Shown: positions 40,567 to 49,028 of the stretch, one piece after another
Numbering within the stretch: the stretch's first letter is position 1
How the letters are laid out: each line of letters opens with the position of its first letter
Source: Acutalibacteraceae bacterium
Lineage (GTDB): Bacteria; Bacillota; Clostridia; Oscillospirales; Acutalibacteraceae
Reading direction: 5' to 3'
Length of the DNA: 64,000 nt
Assembly (NCBI GenBank): GCA_045593535.1
Contig: JAZNWW010000024.1
Span: forward strand, 1,052 to 65,051
Position numbers and translations under genes: made by a program
The notes under the pieces: model-generated
Seen by the model: the letters and a program-made list of their open reading frames with translations, nothing else
Databases searched by the model: none
What the model was told of the DNA's origin: nothing

Positions 40567-41391
40567 ATGAAACTAAAATTTTTAGGAACAGCAGCAGCCG
40601 AAGGTTTTCCCGCGATGTTCTGTGCTTGCGATAATTGTAAAAAAGCAAGAGCGTGGGGCGGAAAAAATCTTCGCACCCGTTCACAGGCCATTATTGATAA
40701 TTGTCTTTTAATTGACTACCCTGCTGATGCATATTCCCACGTATTAACCAATAACATTGATTTGCTCGATGTTAAGTATTGCTTAATTACTCATACCCAC
40801 GGCGACCATTTTTATCCAAAAGACCTTTCTTATCTGAAAAAAGGTTTTGCAAAACCTCTACCCAATTATAAACTAACCGTTTACGGTAGCGAAGATATAG
40901 CAGAACCTATTGAAAAAATGATACCAAGTTCTAACTCGCATTTAGATTTTGTCCAGTTGAATCCCTTTGAACCGATACAAATTGGCAGTTACACTATAAC
41001 TGCACTAAAAGCTTATCACGGAACGGCACATCCTTACATTTACATAATAGAAAAGTCGGGTAAAAGAATTTTATATGCCCACGATACCGACTATTTTCTT
41101 GAAGAAACTTGGGAATATCTTGAAACTAATCATATAAAATTTGATTTAGTTTCACTTGACTGTACCGAAGGCGCAATGGAAGAATTGGACTACCACCATC
41201 ATATGTGTCTCGGTAGAAACATTAAATGCAGAGACAGAATGATGAACAGCGGTTTGGCTGATGATAAAACTATATTTATTCTAAATCATTTTTCACATAA
41301 CGGTAAAAACGCCTCCTATGATGAATTTTCCCCTATTGCAGAGAAAGAAAACTTCCTTGTCTCTTATGATGGAATGACAGTTGAAATTTAA
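40567..41391 (+). CDS. MBL-fold metallo-hydrolase, PhnP-like phosphodiesterase
   Basis: HTHGDH motif plus an N-terminal CACDNC Cys cluster, as in PhnP. Confidence 0.65.
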   Translation: MKLKFLGTAAAEGFPAMFCACDNCKKARAWGGKNLRTRSQAIIDNCLLIDYPADAYSHVLTNNIDLLDVKYCLITHTHGDHFYPKDLSYLKKGFAKPLPNYKLTVYGSEDIAEPIEKMIPSSNSHLDFVQLNPFEPIQIGSYTITALKAYHGTAHPYIYIIEKSGKRILYAHDTDYFLEETWEYLETNHIKFDLVSLDCTEGAMEELDYHHHMCLGRNIKCRDRMMNSGLADDKTIFILNHFSHNGKNASYDEFSPIAEKENFLVSYDGMTVEI

Positions 41392-41454
41392 AAACAAAAT
41401 CCTTAATGCGAATTTTGTTTGCATTGCTATTTTAATTGTTTGCGCACAAATTCC

Positions 41455-41483
41455 TTGACAATGCTTTAAGCTTAGTATATAAT
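41455..41483 (+). promoter_or_regulatory. Consensus sigma-A promoter upstream of glpP
   Basis: TTGACA (41455-41460), 17-nt spacer, TATAAT (41478-41483). Confidence 0.7.
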
Positions 41484-41488
41484 CGTCT

Positions 41489-41503
41489 TAGAGAAATAGA
41501 GTA
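41489..41503 (+). promoter_or_regulatory. Shared leader motif TAGAGAAATAGAGTA
   Basis: Matches 42884-42898 at 14 of 15 positions. Both copies lie 5-6 nt downstream of a -10 box. Confidence 0.4.
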
Positions 41504-41505
41504 TG

Positions 41506-41550
41506 CAAAAGAACACAAGGCCTTATTGTGTTCTTTTGTTTTTTTCTTTT
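41506..41550 (+). terminator. Intrinsic terminator in the glpP 5' leader (attenuator)
   Basis: A 12-13 bp stem CAAAAGAACACAA/TTGTGTTCTTTTG followed by TTTTTTTCTTTTT. It lies between the promoter and the GGAGG SD at 41552. Confidence 0.7.
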
Positions 41551-41564
41551 TGGAGGTGTGAAAA

Positions 41565-42125
41565 GTGAAAGATGGAAGATTGTTTAATATGCTGGAGGAT
41601 AATCCTATAATAGCCGCAATAAAGGAAAAGAACTTTGATGAAGCGGTTGCGTCTCCTGCAAATGTTATATTTCTGCTGGGAGGAAGTATTTTAAGTATTG
41701 AAGAAAAAATAATAACTGCACATAAAAAAGGTAAGCTTTTATTTCTGCATATTGATTTGACCGATGGTATCGGTAAGGATAAAACAGGTATTGAGTATCT
41801 AGCAAATCTGGGGCTTGACGGTATTATAAGCACCCGAATAAATCTTATAAAAGCCGCCGCAGAGTTTGGTCTTTACACCGTTCAGAGATTCTTTCTTTTA
41901 GACTCTCAAGGGGTTGATGCCATAAGTGATATGATGTCGGCAAGTCCGCTTAATATCGCTGAAATTATGCCTGGTGTTATAGGAAAGGCAATAGAAAAAT
42001 TTTCAAAGGGCAATATTCCTATTATCGCAGGCGGACTGATTGAAACAAAGCAAGAGGTTACTAATGCCATCAATTTAGGCGCCTTTGCGGTATCTACCGG
42101 AAAAAAGGAACTTTGGTATATCTAA
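41565..42125 (+). CDS. glpP: Glycerol-3-phosphate-responsive antiterminator GlpP
   Basis: Full-length similarity in pattern to B. subtilis GlpP: HIDLTDGIGKD, GIISTR, VQRFFLLDS, IMPGV, IIAGGLI, AVSTGKKELW. GTG start with GGAGG upstream. Confidence 0.85.
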   Translation: MKDGRLFNMLEDNPIIAAIKEKNFDEAVASPANVIFLLGGSILSIEEKIITAHKKGKLLFLHIDLTDGIGKDKTGIEYLANLGLDGIISTRINLIKAAAEFGLYTVQRFFLLDSQGVDAISDMMSASPLNIAEIMPGVIGKAIEKFSKGNIPIIAGGLIETKQEVTNAINLGAFAVSTGKKELWYI

Positions 42126-42175
42126 AGGCAAAAAGCATTATAGATGTTATATATTATAAGAAAGGATGAGTTTCT

Positions 42176-42826
42176 TTGGATTATGATTTACTAATTAAGG
42201 TAGTCTTTCGCTCTCTGTTTGCAGTAATAATAGGCATACTTATCGGAAGTGAACGTGCACGCCACGGCCGAGCGGCAGGAATGAGAACACATATACTTGT
42301 ATGTATTGGCTCTGCTCTCACCTCTATGGTGGGTATATATGCTCATGATTATCTTTCTAATAACGGTGATATGTTAAGAATTTCAGCACAGGTTATATCA
42401 GGCATCGGCTTTTTGGGCGCAGGTATGATAATACTTAAAAACAATAACGTTATAACAGGTCTTACTACGGCGGCTGGCGTGTGGACTACAAGCGTTATCG
42501 GAATAGCCATAGGCTGCGGATTTTATTCAGGAGCATCTATTGTAGCCGCATTATATATGCTTACCATTATATTGCTCGGCAAATTTGAAAAGTCAAAAAA
42601 GCTTAATGAGGTCATTTATATAGAGATAGATGATATGTACATAACAAATGAACTGATCGAGCGTATAAAGACGGAAAATAATATCACACTAACCTTTCAT
42701 ACCTTAGCACCAAGAAGCGGATTTTCGGGACATTTAGGCATACATCTTACAATTGATACCAAAAAACCTTTTGATGTTAAAAATCTGCTTAAAACAAAGC
42801 ACATAGTTTATGCCGAGATAGAATAA
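42176..42826 (+). CDS. mgtC: MgtC/SapB-family membrane protein
   Basis: ERARHGRAAGMRTH and GIGFLGAG motifs, four to five TM helices plus a C-terminal ACT-like domain. Confidence 0.8.
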   Translation: MDYDLLIKVVFRSLFAVIIGILIGSERARHGRAAGMRTHILVCIGSALTSMVGIYAHDYLSNNGDMLRISAQVISGIGFLGAGMIILKNNNVITGLTTAAGVWTTSVIGIAIGCGFYSGASIVAALYMLTIILLGKFEKSKKLNEVIYIEIDDMYITNELIERIKTENNITLTFHTLAPRSGFSGHLGIHLTIDTKKPFDVKNLLKTKHIVYAEIE

Positions 42827-42848
42827 TTTAAAAAAATTCAAAAACCTA

Positions 42849-42877
42849 TTGAAAAATCAAAAAAAATATGTTATAAT
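42849..42877 (+). promoter_or_regulatory. Near-consensus extended -10 promoter upstream of the Ldh_2 operon
   Basis: TTGAAA (42849-42854), 17-nt spacer ending in TGT, TATAAT (42872-42877). Confidence 0.7.
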
Positions 42878-42883
42878 TATATG

Positions 42884-42898
42884 TAGAGAAAAAGAGTA
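42884..42898 (+). promoter_or_regulatory. Shared leader motif TAGAGAAAAAGAGTA
   Basis: Second copy of the glpP leader motif. Here it overlaps the 5' arm of the terminator stem. Confidence 0.4.
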
Positions 42899-42940
42899 CA
42901 TTAATTCCTAACGGATTAGTGTGCTCTTTTTTTATTTTAT
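42889..42940 (+). terminator. Intrinsic terminator in the 5' leader of the Ldh_2 operon (attenuator)
   Basis: Long interrupted stem AAAGAGTACA...TGTGCTCTTT with an inner TAATTCC/GGATTA helix, followed by TTTTTTTATTTTATT. It lies upstream of the GGAGGA SD at 42953. Confidence 0.7.
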
Positions 42941-42965
42941 TAAAATAAAATTGGAGGATAAAAAA

Positions 42966-44078
42966 GTGGCAAAAAACAACGTAGTAGATTGGAAAACGAT
43001 TACAAATTTCGTGGTTGACTCTTTCGTAGGTTACGGAATACCCAGAGAAGATGCAGAGATTTGTGCTGATGTTCTTCTTGAATCTGACAAAAGGGGAATT
43101 GAATCCCATGGTGTGAATCGCTTTAAGCCTATTTATCTTGATAGAATTAAGGCAGGTATCCAAAACGCAGTTACCGAAATGGAGATAATAAAAGAAACCC
43201 CCACTACCGCCGTTATTGACGGACATCACGGTATGGGTCAGGTAATCGGTCATAAGGCTATGAGTATGGCAATAGCAAAGGCTAAAGAATATGGTATGGG
43301 TATGGTTGTTGTACGTAATTCCTGCCATTATGGTATTGCGGGCTATTATTCAACAATGGCTACACAGGCAGGCTGTATCGGAATGACCGGTACAAATGCA
43401 CGCCCTTCTGTTGCGCCGACCTTTGGTGTTGAGGGTATGTTTGGAACCAATCCCTTTACCATCGGTGTTCCTACAGATGAGGCTTTTGACTTTAATTTTG
43501 ACTGTGCAACATCCATTACACAAAATGGTAAAGTTGAATATTATGAGAGAATAGGTGAGGATGTTCACCCCGGTACAATTATTGCTGATGACGGTTATGC
43601 TGTTGAGGGTGATGCAGGTGTTGCATTAAAGAAAATCCGTAACGGTACTGCAGCTCTTACAACTCTTGGCGGTATCGGTGAAGATTTGGCGGGCTATAAG
43701 GGCTACGGCTTTGCTTTAGCTGTGGAGTTCTTCTCTTCAATTCTTCAGGACGGTGCTTACGGTAAAGACCTTGATGGTAAGGATGAAAACGGAAATATCC
43801 GTCCCTATCAGTTAGGACATTGGTTTATTGCTATTGATACCGACCACTTTATGGGTGAGGATATTGCCCGTAAAAAAGCCGGAGATATTTCAAGAAGTAT
43901 GCGTGCATCTAAGAAAGCTCCCGGTGCCGAGCGTATTTATACAGCAGGTGAAAAAGAGTATGAAATTAGTCTTACCCGTAAAGACGGCGTGCCGATTAAT
44001 GAATCTGTTCAAAAAGAGATTATTGCTGTTCGTGACGAATTAGGTCTCACACAGTATAAATTCCCTTGGGAGGATTAA
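42966..44078 (+). CDS. Ldh_2-family (malate/L-lactate/sulfolactate-type) NAD(P)H oxidoreductase
   Basis: ESHGVNRF and NSCHYGIAGYY motifs. The start is moved to the GTG at 42966. Confidence 0.8.
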   Translation: MAKNNVVDWKTITNFVVDSFVGYGIPREDAEICADVLLESDKRGIESHGVNRFKPIYLDRIKAGIQNAVTEMEIIKETPTTAVIDGHHGMGQVIGHKAMSMAIAKAKEYGMGMVVVRNSCHYGIAGYYSTMATQAGCIGMTGTNARPSVAPTFGVEGMFGTNPFTIGVPTDEAFDFNFDCATSITQNGKVEYYERIGEDVHPGTIIADDGYAVEGDAGVALKKIRNGTAALTTLGGIGEDLAGYKGYGFALAVEFFSSILQDGAYGKDLDGKDENGNIRPYQLGHWFIAIDTDHFMGEDIARKKAGDISRSMRASKKAPGAERIYTAGEKEYEISLTRKDGVPINESVQKEIIAVRDELGLTQYKFPWED

Positions 44079-44081
44079 TAA

Positions 44082-45254
44082 ATGGATATCAGACAGGAAT
44101 CTTTAAAAAAGCATTATGAGTGGAACGGTAAAATTGAAGTTGTTTGCCGCGCTCCGATTAACACAAGAGAGGATTTATCTTTAGCATACACTCCCGGTGT
44201 TGCAGAGCCTTGTCTTGAAATAAACAAAGATATTAACAAATCTTATGAGCTTACACGCCGTTCAAATCTTGTTGCAGTTATTACCGATGGTACTGCAATT
44301 TTAGGTCTTGGCGATATCGGCCCTGAGGCTGGTATGCCCGTTATGGAGGGTAAATGCGCGCTCTTTAAAGCTTTTGCTGATGTTGATGCGTTTCCGCTTT
44401 GCATTAAATCAAAGGATGTTGACGAAATTGTTCGCACAATTTATCTTCTTTCAGGCAGCTTTGGCGGAATTAACCTTGAGGATATTTCTGCTCCCCGTTG
44501 CTTTGAAATTGAACAGAAGCTTAAGGAAATTTGCGATATCCCGATTTTCCACGATGACCAACACGGTACCGCTATAGTTGTTGCTGCTGCACTTATCAAC
44601 GCACTTAAACTTGTTAAAAAGGATATAGGAAATGTTAAGGTGGTTATAAACGGCGCCGGCTCTGCTGGAATCGCTATAGGTAAGCATCTTATGAATATGG
44701 GCGTTAAGCACCTTACCTTCTGTGACCGTTTTGGAATCATTTGTAAAGGCGACAAAAACAACAACCCTGCACAAGAAGAAATTTCGGTAGTCACCAATCT
44801 CGAAGGTAAAAAAGGCACCCTTGCCGATGCACTCAAAGGTGCTGATGTATTCATCGGTGTTTCAGCACCCAACCTTGTAAATGAAGAAATGGTAAAATCA
44901 ATGGCTAACGATGCTATTCTCTTCCCTATGGCAAACCCCACACCCGAAATAATGCCCGATGTCGCTAAATCGGCGGGGGCTAGGGTTGTAGGTACGGGAC
45001 GCTCGGATTTTCCTAATCAGATAAACAATGTTCTTGCATTCCCAGGTATTTTTCGTGGTGCGCTCGACTGCAGAGCATCTTGCATCAACGAGGAAATGAA
45101 GGTTGCCACCTCTTACGCACTGGCATCCTTAATTCCCGATAATGAGATAAGCGAAGAAAATATAATCGCTCCTGCTCTTGATAAAAGGGTAGCCCAAGTA
45201 GTAGCCGAAGCAGTTATAAAAACCGCAAAGGAAACAGGAGTAGCAAGAATTTAA
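44082..45254 (+). CDS. NAD(P)-dependent malic enzyme (short form)
   Basis: LAYTPGVA, FHDDQHGTA and NGAGSAGIA motifs, 390 aa. Confidence 0.85.
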   Translation: MDIRQESLKKHYEWNGKIEVVCRAPINTREDLSLAYTPGVAEPCLEINKDINKSYELTRRSNLVAVITDGTAILGLGDIGPEAGMPVMEGKCALFKAFADVDAFPLCIKSKDVDEIVRTIYLLSGSFGGINLEDISAPRCFEIEQKLKEICDIPIFHDDQHGTAIVVAAALINALKLVKKDIGNVKVVINGAGSAGIAIGKHLMNMGVKHLTFCDRFGIICKGDKNNNPAQEEISVVTNLEGKKGTLADALKGADVFIGVSAPNLVNEEMVKSMANDAILFPMANPTPEIMPDVAKSAGARVVGTGRSDFPNQINNVLAFPGIFRGALDCRASCINEEMKVATSYALASLIPDNEISEENIIAPALDKRVAQVVAEAVIKTAKETGVARI

Positions 45255-45297
45255 ATCCGTATTGCTTCTCAGGAAATAGAAAGGATTGGACATAATT

Positions 45298-46089
45298 ATG
45301 AAAAACCCGCTTAAAAAGGTAAAACTTTTCCTTTTTGATATGGATGGAACCCTTTATTTAGGCGACAACCTTTACCCATTTACAATCAACCTATTGTACG
45401 CTATAGAAGCAAAGGGAGGAAAATATATGTTTATGACAAACAATTCCTCCAAAAGCGTTTCCGCATATATCGAAAAACTTGAAAAATTGGGAATAGCGGC
45501 AAAAGAAAGTGATTTTATTACTTCTTCACAAGCCACAGCATACTATCTTAAAAATAATCATCCGAACTCCACTCTTTATGTTTGCGGCACACAATCTTTT
45601 AAAGATGAGCTCACAAAAGAGGGCTTTAAGATTACTGAAAATTTGGATGAAGTAGAATGTATAGTTATGGGATTTGACACCGAACTCACCTTTAAAAAAC
45701 TCCAAGATGTTTCATTTATGCTCTGCACAAGAGAACTGCCTTACATAGCTACAAATCCTGACTATGTCTGCCCTACCGACTTCGGCTTCGTGCCGGATTG
45801 TGGCAGTGTATGCGATATGATTTATAATGCAACTGGTAAACGACCTGTTGTGATCGGAAAACCTGAAGCACTAATGCCGAAACTTGCAATGCAAATGACA
45901 GGTTATAAAAAAAGTCAGACCGCCGTTATCGGTGATAGGATTTACACTGATGTAAAAAGCGGTATAAACGCCGGTGTTGTTTCAATACTTGTAATGAGTG
46001 GCGAAACTACCGAAGAAATTTTGAATTCATCATCCGATAAACCAGATTTAGTACTTAAGGATGCAGGAGAAATAATTTCATATATTTAA
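45298..46089 (+). CDS. HAD-IIA family phosphatase (NagD/AraL-like)
   Basis: FLFDMDGTLY motif I, MTNNSS motif II, GKP...GDRIYTD motifs III/IV. Confidence 0.75.
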   Translation: MKNPLKKVKLFLFDMDGTLYLGDNLYPFTINLLYAIEAKGGKYMFMTNNSSKSVSAYIEKLEKLGIAAKESDFITSSQATAYYLKNNHPNSTLYVCGTQSFKDELTKEGFKITENLDEVECIVMGFDTELTFKKLQDVSFMLCTRELPYIATNPDYVCPTDFGFVPDCGSVCDMIYNATGKRPVVIGKPEALMPKLAMQMTGYKKSQTAVIGDRIYTDVKSGINAGVVSILVMSGETTEEILNSSSDKPDLVLKDAGEIISYI

Positions 46090-46109
46090 AAAGTATTTTA
46101 TCTTAAATA

Positions 46110-46150
46110 AAAACCCGAGATTCGCAGAAATATGCAAATCTCGGGTTTTA
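46110..46150 (+). terminator. Intrinsic terminator of the Ldh_2 operon
   Basis: AAAACCCGAGATT...AATCTCGGGTTTT stem followed by a T-run. Confidence 0.8.
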
Positions 46151-46265
46151 TACATCCTTTTGCATTTTTTAAAGTAAATATGTTAATTCTATTGATTGAT
46201 AATTTTGTTTGTGGTAATACAATATCGTAATTTTACAACGAACAAAATAAGGAGAATTTAAAATT

Positions 46266-46352
46266 ATGTATATACATTCTATCCATCAAATGATGCAAAC
46301 AAAGAGTATATATGAAATACCGAATGACACAAGCAAGAAAAAACCTTTGTAA
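46266..46352 (+). CDS. Possible 28-aa micro-ORF (MYIHSIHQMMQTKSIYEIPNDTSKKKPL)
   Basis: AAGGAGA SD 9 nt upstream of the ATG. A weak hairpin plus T-run lies just downstream, and a weak extended -10 promoter is at 46192-46220. Confidence 0.2.
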   Translation: MYIHSIHQMMQTKSIYEIPNDTSKKKPL

Positions 46353-46570
46353 TTCAAGGGTTTTTTCGCATTTTTAGAACAAAATTCAATTATTATAATT
46401 AAGGCACAATTTTATTGAAAAGACTGAACCATTAAAACTAGTGCCAACAACTTTATAAAAAACAGCGTAAAAAGGTAGAGATATAAATAGGGTTAATATC
46501 CCTACTACTAATTATGGGAGCAACAGTTTTTCTTGTTGCTAAATATGATTGGTTGAGTTTAACAGAAAAT

Positions 46571-46610
46571 AAAAAAATGTGCCCACAAAGCAATTAAGCT
46601 CTGTGTGGCT
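46571..46610 (-). terminator. Imperfect hairpin plus U-run downstream of the CHAP gene
   Basis: The minus-strand RNA reads GCCACACAGAGC-UUAAUU-GCUUUGUGGGC followed by ACAUUUUUUUAUUUU. Confidence 0.4.
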
Positions 46611-46621
46611 CATTTTTGTTA

Positions 46622-48247
46622 CTAATATGCCGGAACTCCGTAACCTAAAATACGAGAATCACCCGATTTATATTCGAGTCTTTTACAAACATCTCCGGAA
46701 TTTCCCTCAATAGTATGAACTTTTCCATTTTTAACTTTTTCAACAATCCCGACGTGATTCGAATATCCATCGTTATCCCAATCAAAAAAGATAATATCCC
46801 CTTCTCTCGGAGTATAGGTGTTCGTTTGCCAACGATTGTGATTTTTAAACCATGTCATCCCAACATCGCAACTTGCAAATTTTGGTATGACACCTTCATC
46901 AATATAACCGCATTCATTTGCACACCACGAAACAAAACAAGCACACCATTCAACACGAGAGCCAAAGCCATACCAAGACCAGTATGGTTCTCCCCCACTA
47001 TTTCCAAGTTGTGAAAAAGCGACACTTATAAGTTTTTTGCTGCCTCCGGAAATACCATATAAAACAGAATTCCAAAGATCTGCATAATCATCAGATAAAA
47101 GCTCATTTAACATCTCTTTTTGCTGCGATGTAAAGTTATATGCCTTAGCCATTTCACTCGTGGATTTATGCGTTACTGTAATATACAAATAGCTTTTTGT
47201 AACATTAGTATAAGTTACAGTAATATTTCCATTCATATCAACAGTTTCAGTAGGAATTGATACCGACTTTGAAGCAGTAGTTGATGAAATTTTATGCATA
47301 TCCCAAAAGACTGTTTTTAAGAGCTCTTTTTTGTTTTCATCCATACTGGCAGCTTCTTGAGGATTATCAGGGTCAAAACTAATTTTTGCGGCATATATAG
47401 CCATAACATCTTTCCAAACCGGGTTTAGACCTGTGATCTCAACAACATAATAAGGGTTTGAGTTTTTCACTTCTTCAATCTTCGCTTGATATTCTGTGTT
47501 AATTTCAGTAACAGCTGTCTGCATTGTCATACCAGTCCCCGTATCTTCACCGCTAAAGAATACTCCAAAGTAAGAAATCAACAACGCGACTAGACAAATA
47601 ATAAGTATAATCACCACTGCAACCCAACCACCTGCAGCGATAGCCGCAATAAGTGCTTTCACAGCAACAATTATCGCTTTAACAGCAGCCATTGTCGCTT
47701 TGGTCGCAGCTTTAACTGCGGCAGCCGCCGCTTTTGCCGCTGCTTTTGCAGCCTGTACCGCTAGTTTAGCGGCTTTAGCTGATGCCCTCGCAGCTTCTTT
47801 TGCAGTTTTGGCAACAACCTTTGAAGTTTTAATTGCAACTTTTGAGGTCCGCTCTGCAGTTTTAATTGATTTCTTAGTTGTCTTTACCGATCGACGTAAG
47901 GTTTTCGATGTTTGTTTTGTGGCACTTTTAATGCTTTTCCTTGTATTATCAAGCGAGCGTTTGGCTTGTTTAATGTCTTTGTGAGTTCTGAAAATTTCAC
48001 GTCCTTTTTGGTATACGGAATTCGTTGTGCTTTTAACACCTCTAACTGTATCCTTGGTGACATCTTCTACGGCACTACGAATATTGTTTTCGGCATATTC
48101 GGTTGGAGAATTGTAGTTATCATCGGTTAAATTCTCCGCGTTATTTTTTGTACGAATATACGATTCCTTTACTTTATTTCCAACAGTAGATGCTTTATCA
48201 AAAACTTTAATTCCTTTTTTTGTGTTACGAGTTTTTATGTCTGCCAT
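46622..48247 (-). CDS. Conjugation-associated cell-wall hydrolase with a C-terminal CHAP/NlpC-P60 domain
   Basis: Catalytic Cys block WCACFVSWCANECG and His block YSNHVGIVE. The N-terminal part is a Lys/Ala-rich low-complexity region plus a TM helix. Confidence 0.8.
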   Translation of the reverse strand: MADIKTRNTKKGIKVFDKASTVGNKVKESYIRTKNNAENLTDDNYNSPTEYAENNIRSAVEDVTKDTVRGVKSTTNSVYQKGREIFRTHKDIKQAKRSLDNTRKSIKSATKQTSKTLRRSVKTTKKSIKTAERTSKVAIKTSKVVAKTAKEAARASAKAAKLAVQAAKAAAKAAAAAVKAATKATMAAVKAIIVAVKALIAAIAAGGWVAVVIILIICLVALLISYFGVFFSGEDTGTGMTMQTAVTEINTEYQAKIEEVKNSNPYYVVEITGLNPVWKDVMAIYAAKISFDPDNPQEAASMDENKKELLKTVFWDMHKISSTTASKSVSIPTETVDMNGNITVTYTNVTKSYLYITVTHKSTSEMAKAYNFTSQQKEMLNELLSDDYADLWNSVLYGISGGSKKLISVAFSQLGNSGGEPYWSWYGFGSRVEWCACFVSWCANECGYIDEGVIPKFASCDVGMTWFKNHNRWQTNTYTPREGDIIFFDWDNDGYSNHVGIVEKVKNGKVHTIEGNSGDVCKRLEYKSGDSRILGYGVPAY

Positions 48248-48261
48248 AGAAATTGCCCCCT

Positions 48262-49008
48262 TTATCGAGAATGTTCAACAAAAGGTGCTGATTTACTATG
48301 ACCGTCAGATTTTCCTTGCAAGAAATCTAGATCCTTTTTCACAGAGCTTTTAATGTTCTCATAACGAAGTTTGTCTGCAAGGTCGCTTGCTTTTTGACTC
48401 ATATTTGCAAAGCCTTTAGAAAGTTTTTCATATCCTTTACGGAATGAAGATAACAGTCCTTTATCACGCTTTACATATTCAGCTTCTTTAACTTCTCTAC
48501 CAAAGAGCGCTCGTCCAAAATTCTTAAAGTGGGTTTTAGACTTATTAAGTTTGGAACGCATAAGTTCAATTTGTTTAGCATCTTGCTCCAGTGACTTCGA
48601 TACTCTCTGAAAAAAGGATTTGAGCTTATCCAACGTTTCGGGAATCCTCATTCCGTTCACTGCTTTCTGCAAAGCTGCCTTGCCTTTTTCCTTAAAGGTT
48701 TGTATAGCAGACTTTGCCGATTCAACAAACTTTTCTTTTACAGAGCGAATAACACCAAATGCTTGTTTGATGGAGTTTTCTGCTTTATCTACAAGCCGTC
48801 CACATTTCGCTCTCAAGGTTGAGTTGTGGATAAGATTAACTTCATTACGCATAGCCTGCATTTCTTTCAGCATACCCGATAGCGTATTTTCCATATCCAC
48901 AATATAGTCGGCAAGAGATACAACCTCAGCTTTTTCTTTCTCAAGTCCATTTTTATCCAGGGTGTCAATAAGCTCTTGAACGTCGGGATGTTCCTTCAAA
49001 TTGCTCAT
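48262..49008 (-). CDS. Coiled-coil protein of unknown function (conjugation module)
   Basis: A 248-aa ORF with a strong SD (AGGAGG), heptad-like charged sequence and no recognised motif. Confidence 0.5.
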   Translation of the reverse strand: MSNLKEHPDVQELIDTLDKNGLEKEKAEVVSLADYIVDMENTLSGMLKEMQAMRNEVNLIHNSTLRAKCGRLVDKAENSIKQAFGVIRSVKEKFVESAKSAIQTFKEKGKAALQKAVNGMRIPETLDKLKSFFQRVSKSLEQDAKQIELMRSKLNKSKTHFKNFGRALFGREVKEAEYVKRDKGLLSSFRKGYEKLSKGFANMSQKASDLADKLRYENIKSSVKKDLDFLQGKSDGHSKSAPFVEHSR

Positions 49009-49028
49009 TTAGTTCACCTCCTTTTTTA

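Noticed and set aside
41432-41833. 133-aa minus-strand ORF overlapping the glpP promoter, leader and 5' coding region
   Set aside because: It is antisense to a confidently recognised glpP gene and has no SD. Its sequence is low-complexity and Ser/Ile/Phe-rich, as expected from reverse translation of AT-rich DNA.
42846-43328. 160-aa minus-strand ORF
   Set aside because: It is antisense to the Ldh_2 gene and its leader, and I recognise no motif or SD. The ORF-track + strand start at 42921 is also rejected in favour of the GTG at 42966, which follows GGAGGA.
44441-44941. 166-aa and 107-aa minus-strand ORFs, and 64/89-aa ORFs, inside the malic enzyme gene
   Set aside because: All overlap a strongly supported CDS. 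They are shadow ORFs typical of a more GC-balanced coding stretch.
46151-46621. tRNA gene or tRNA 3' fragment as the ICE integration site
   Set aside because: I saw no cloverleaf-compatible GC-rich arms or T-loop GTTCRANNC motif by eye.
47700-47984. 94-aa Ala-rich + strand ORF
   Set aside because: It is the mirror image of the Lys/Ala-rich repeat of the CHAP hydrolase gene on the opposite strand.
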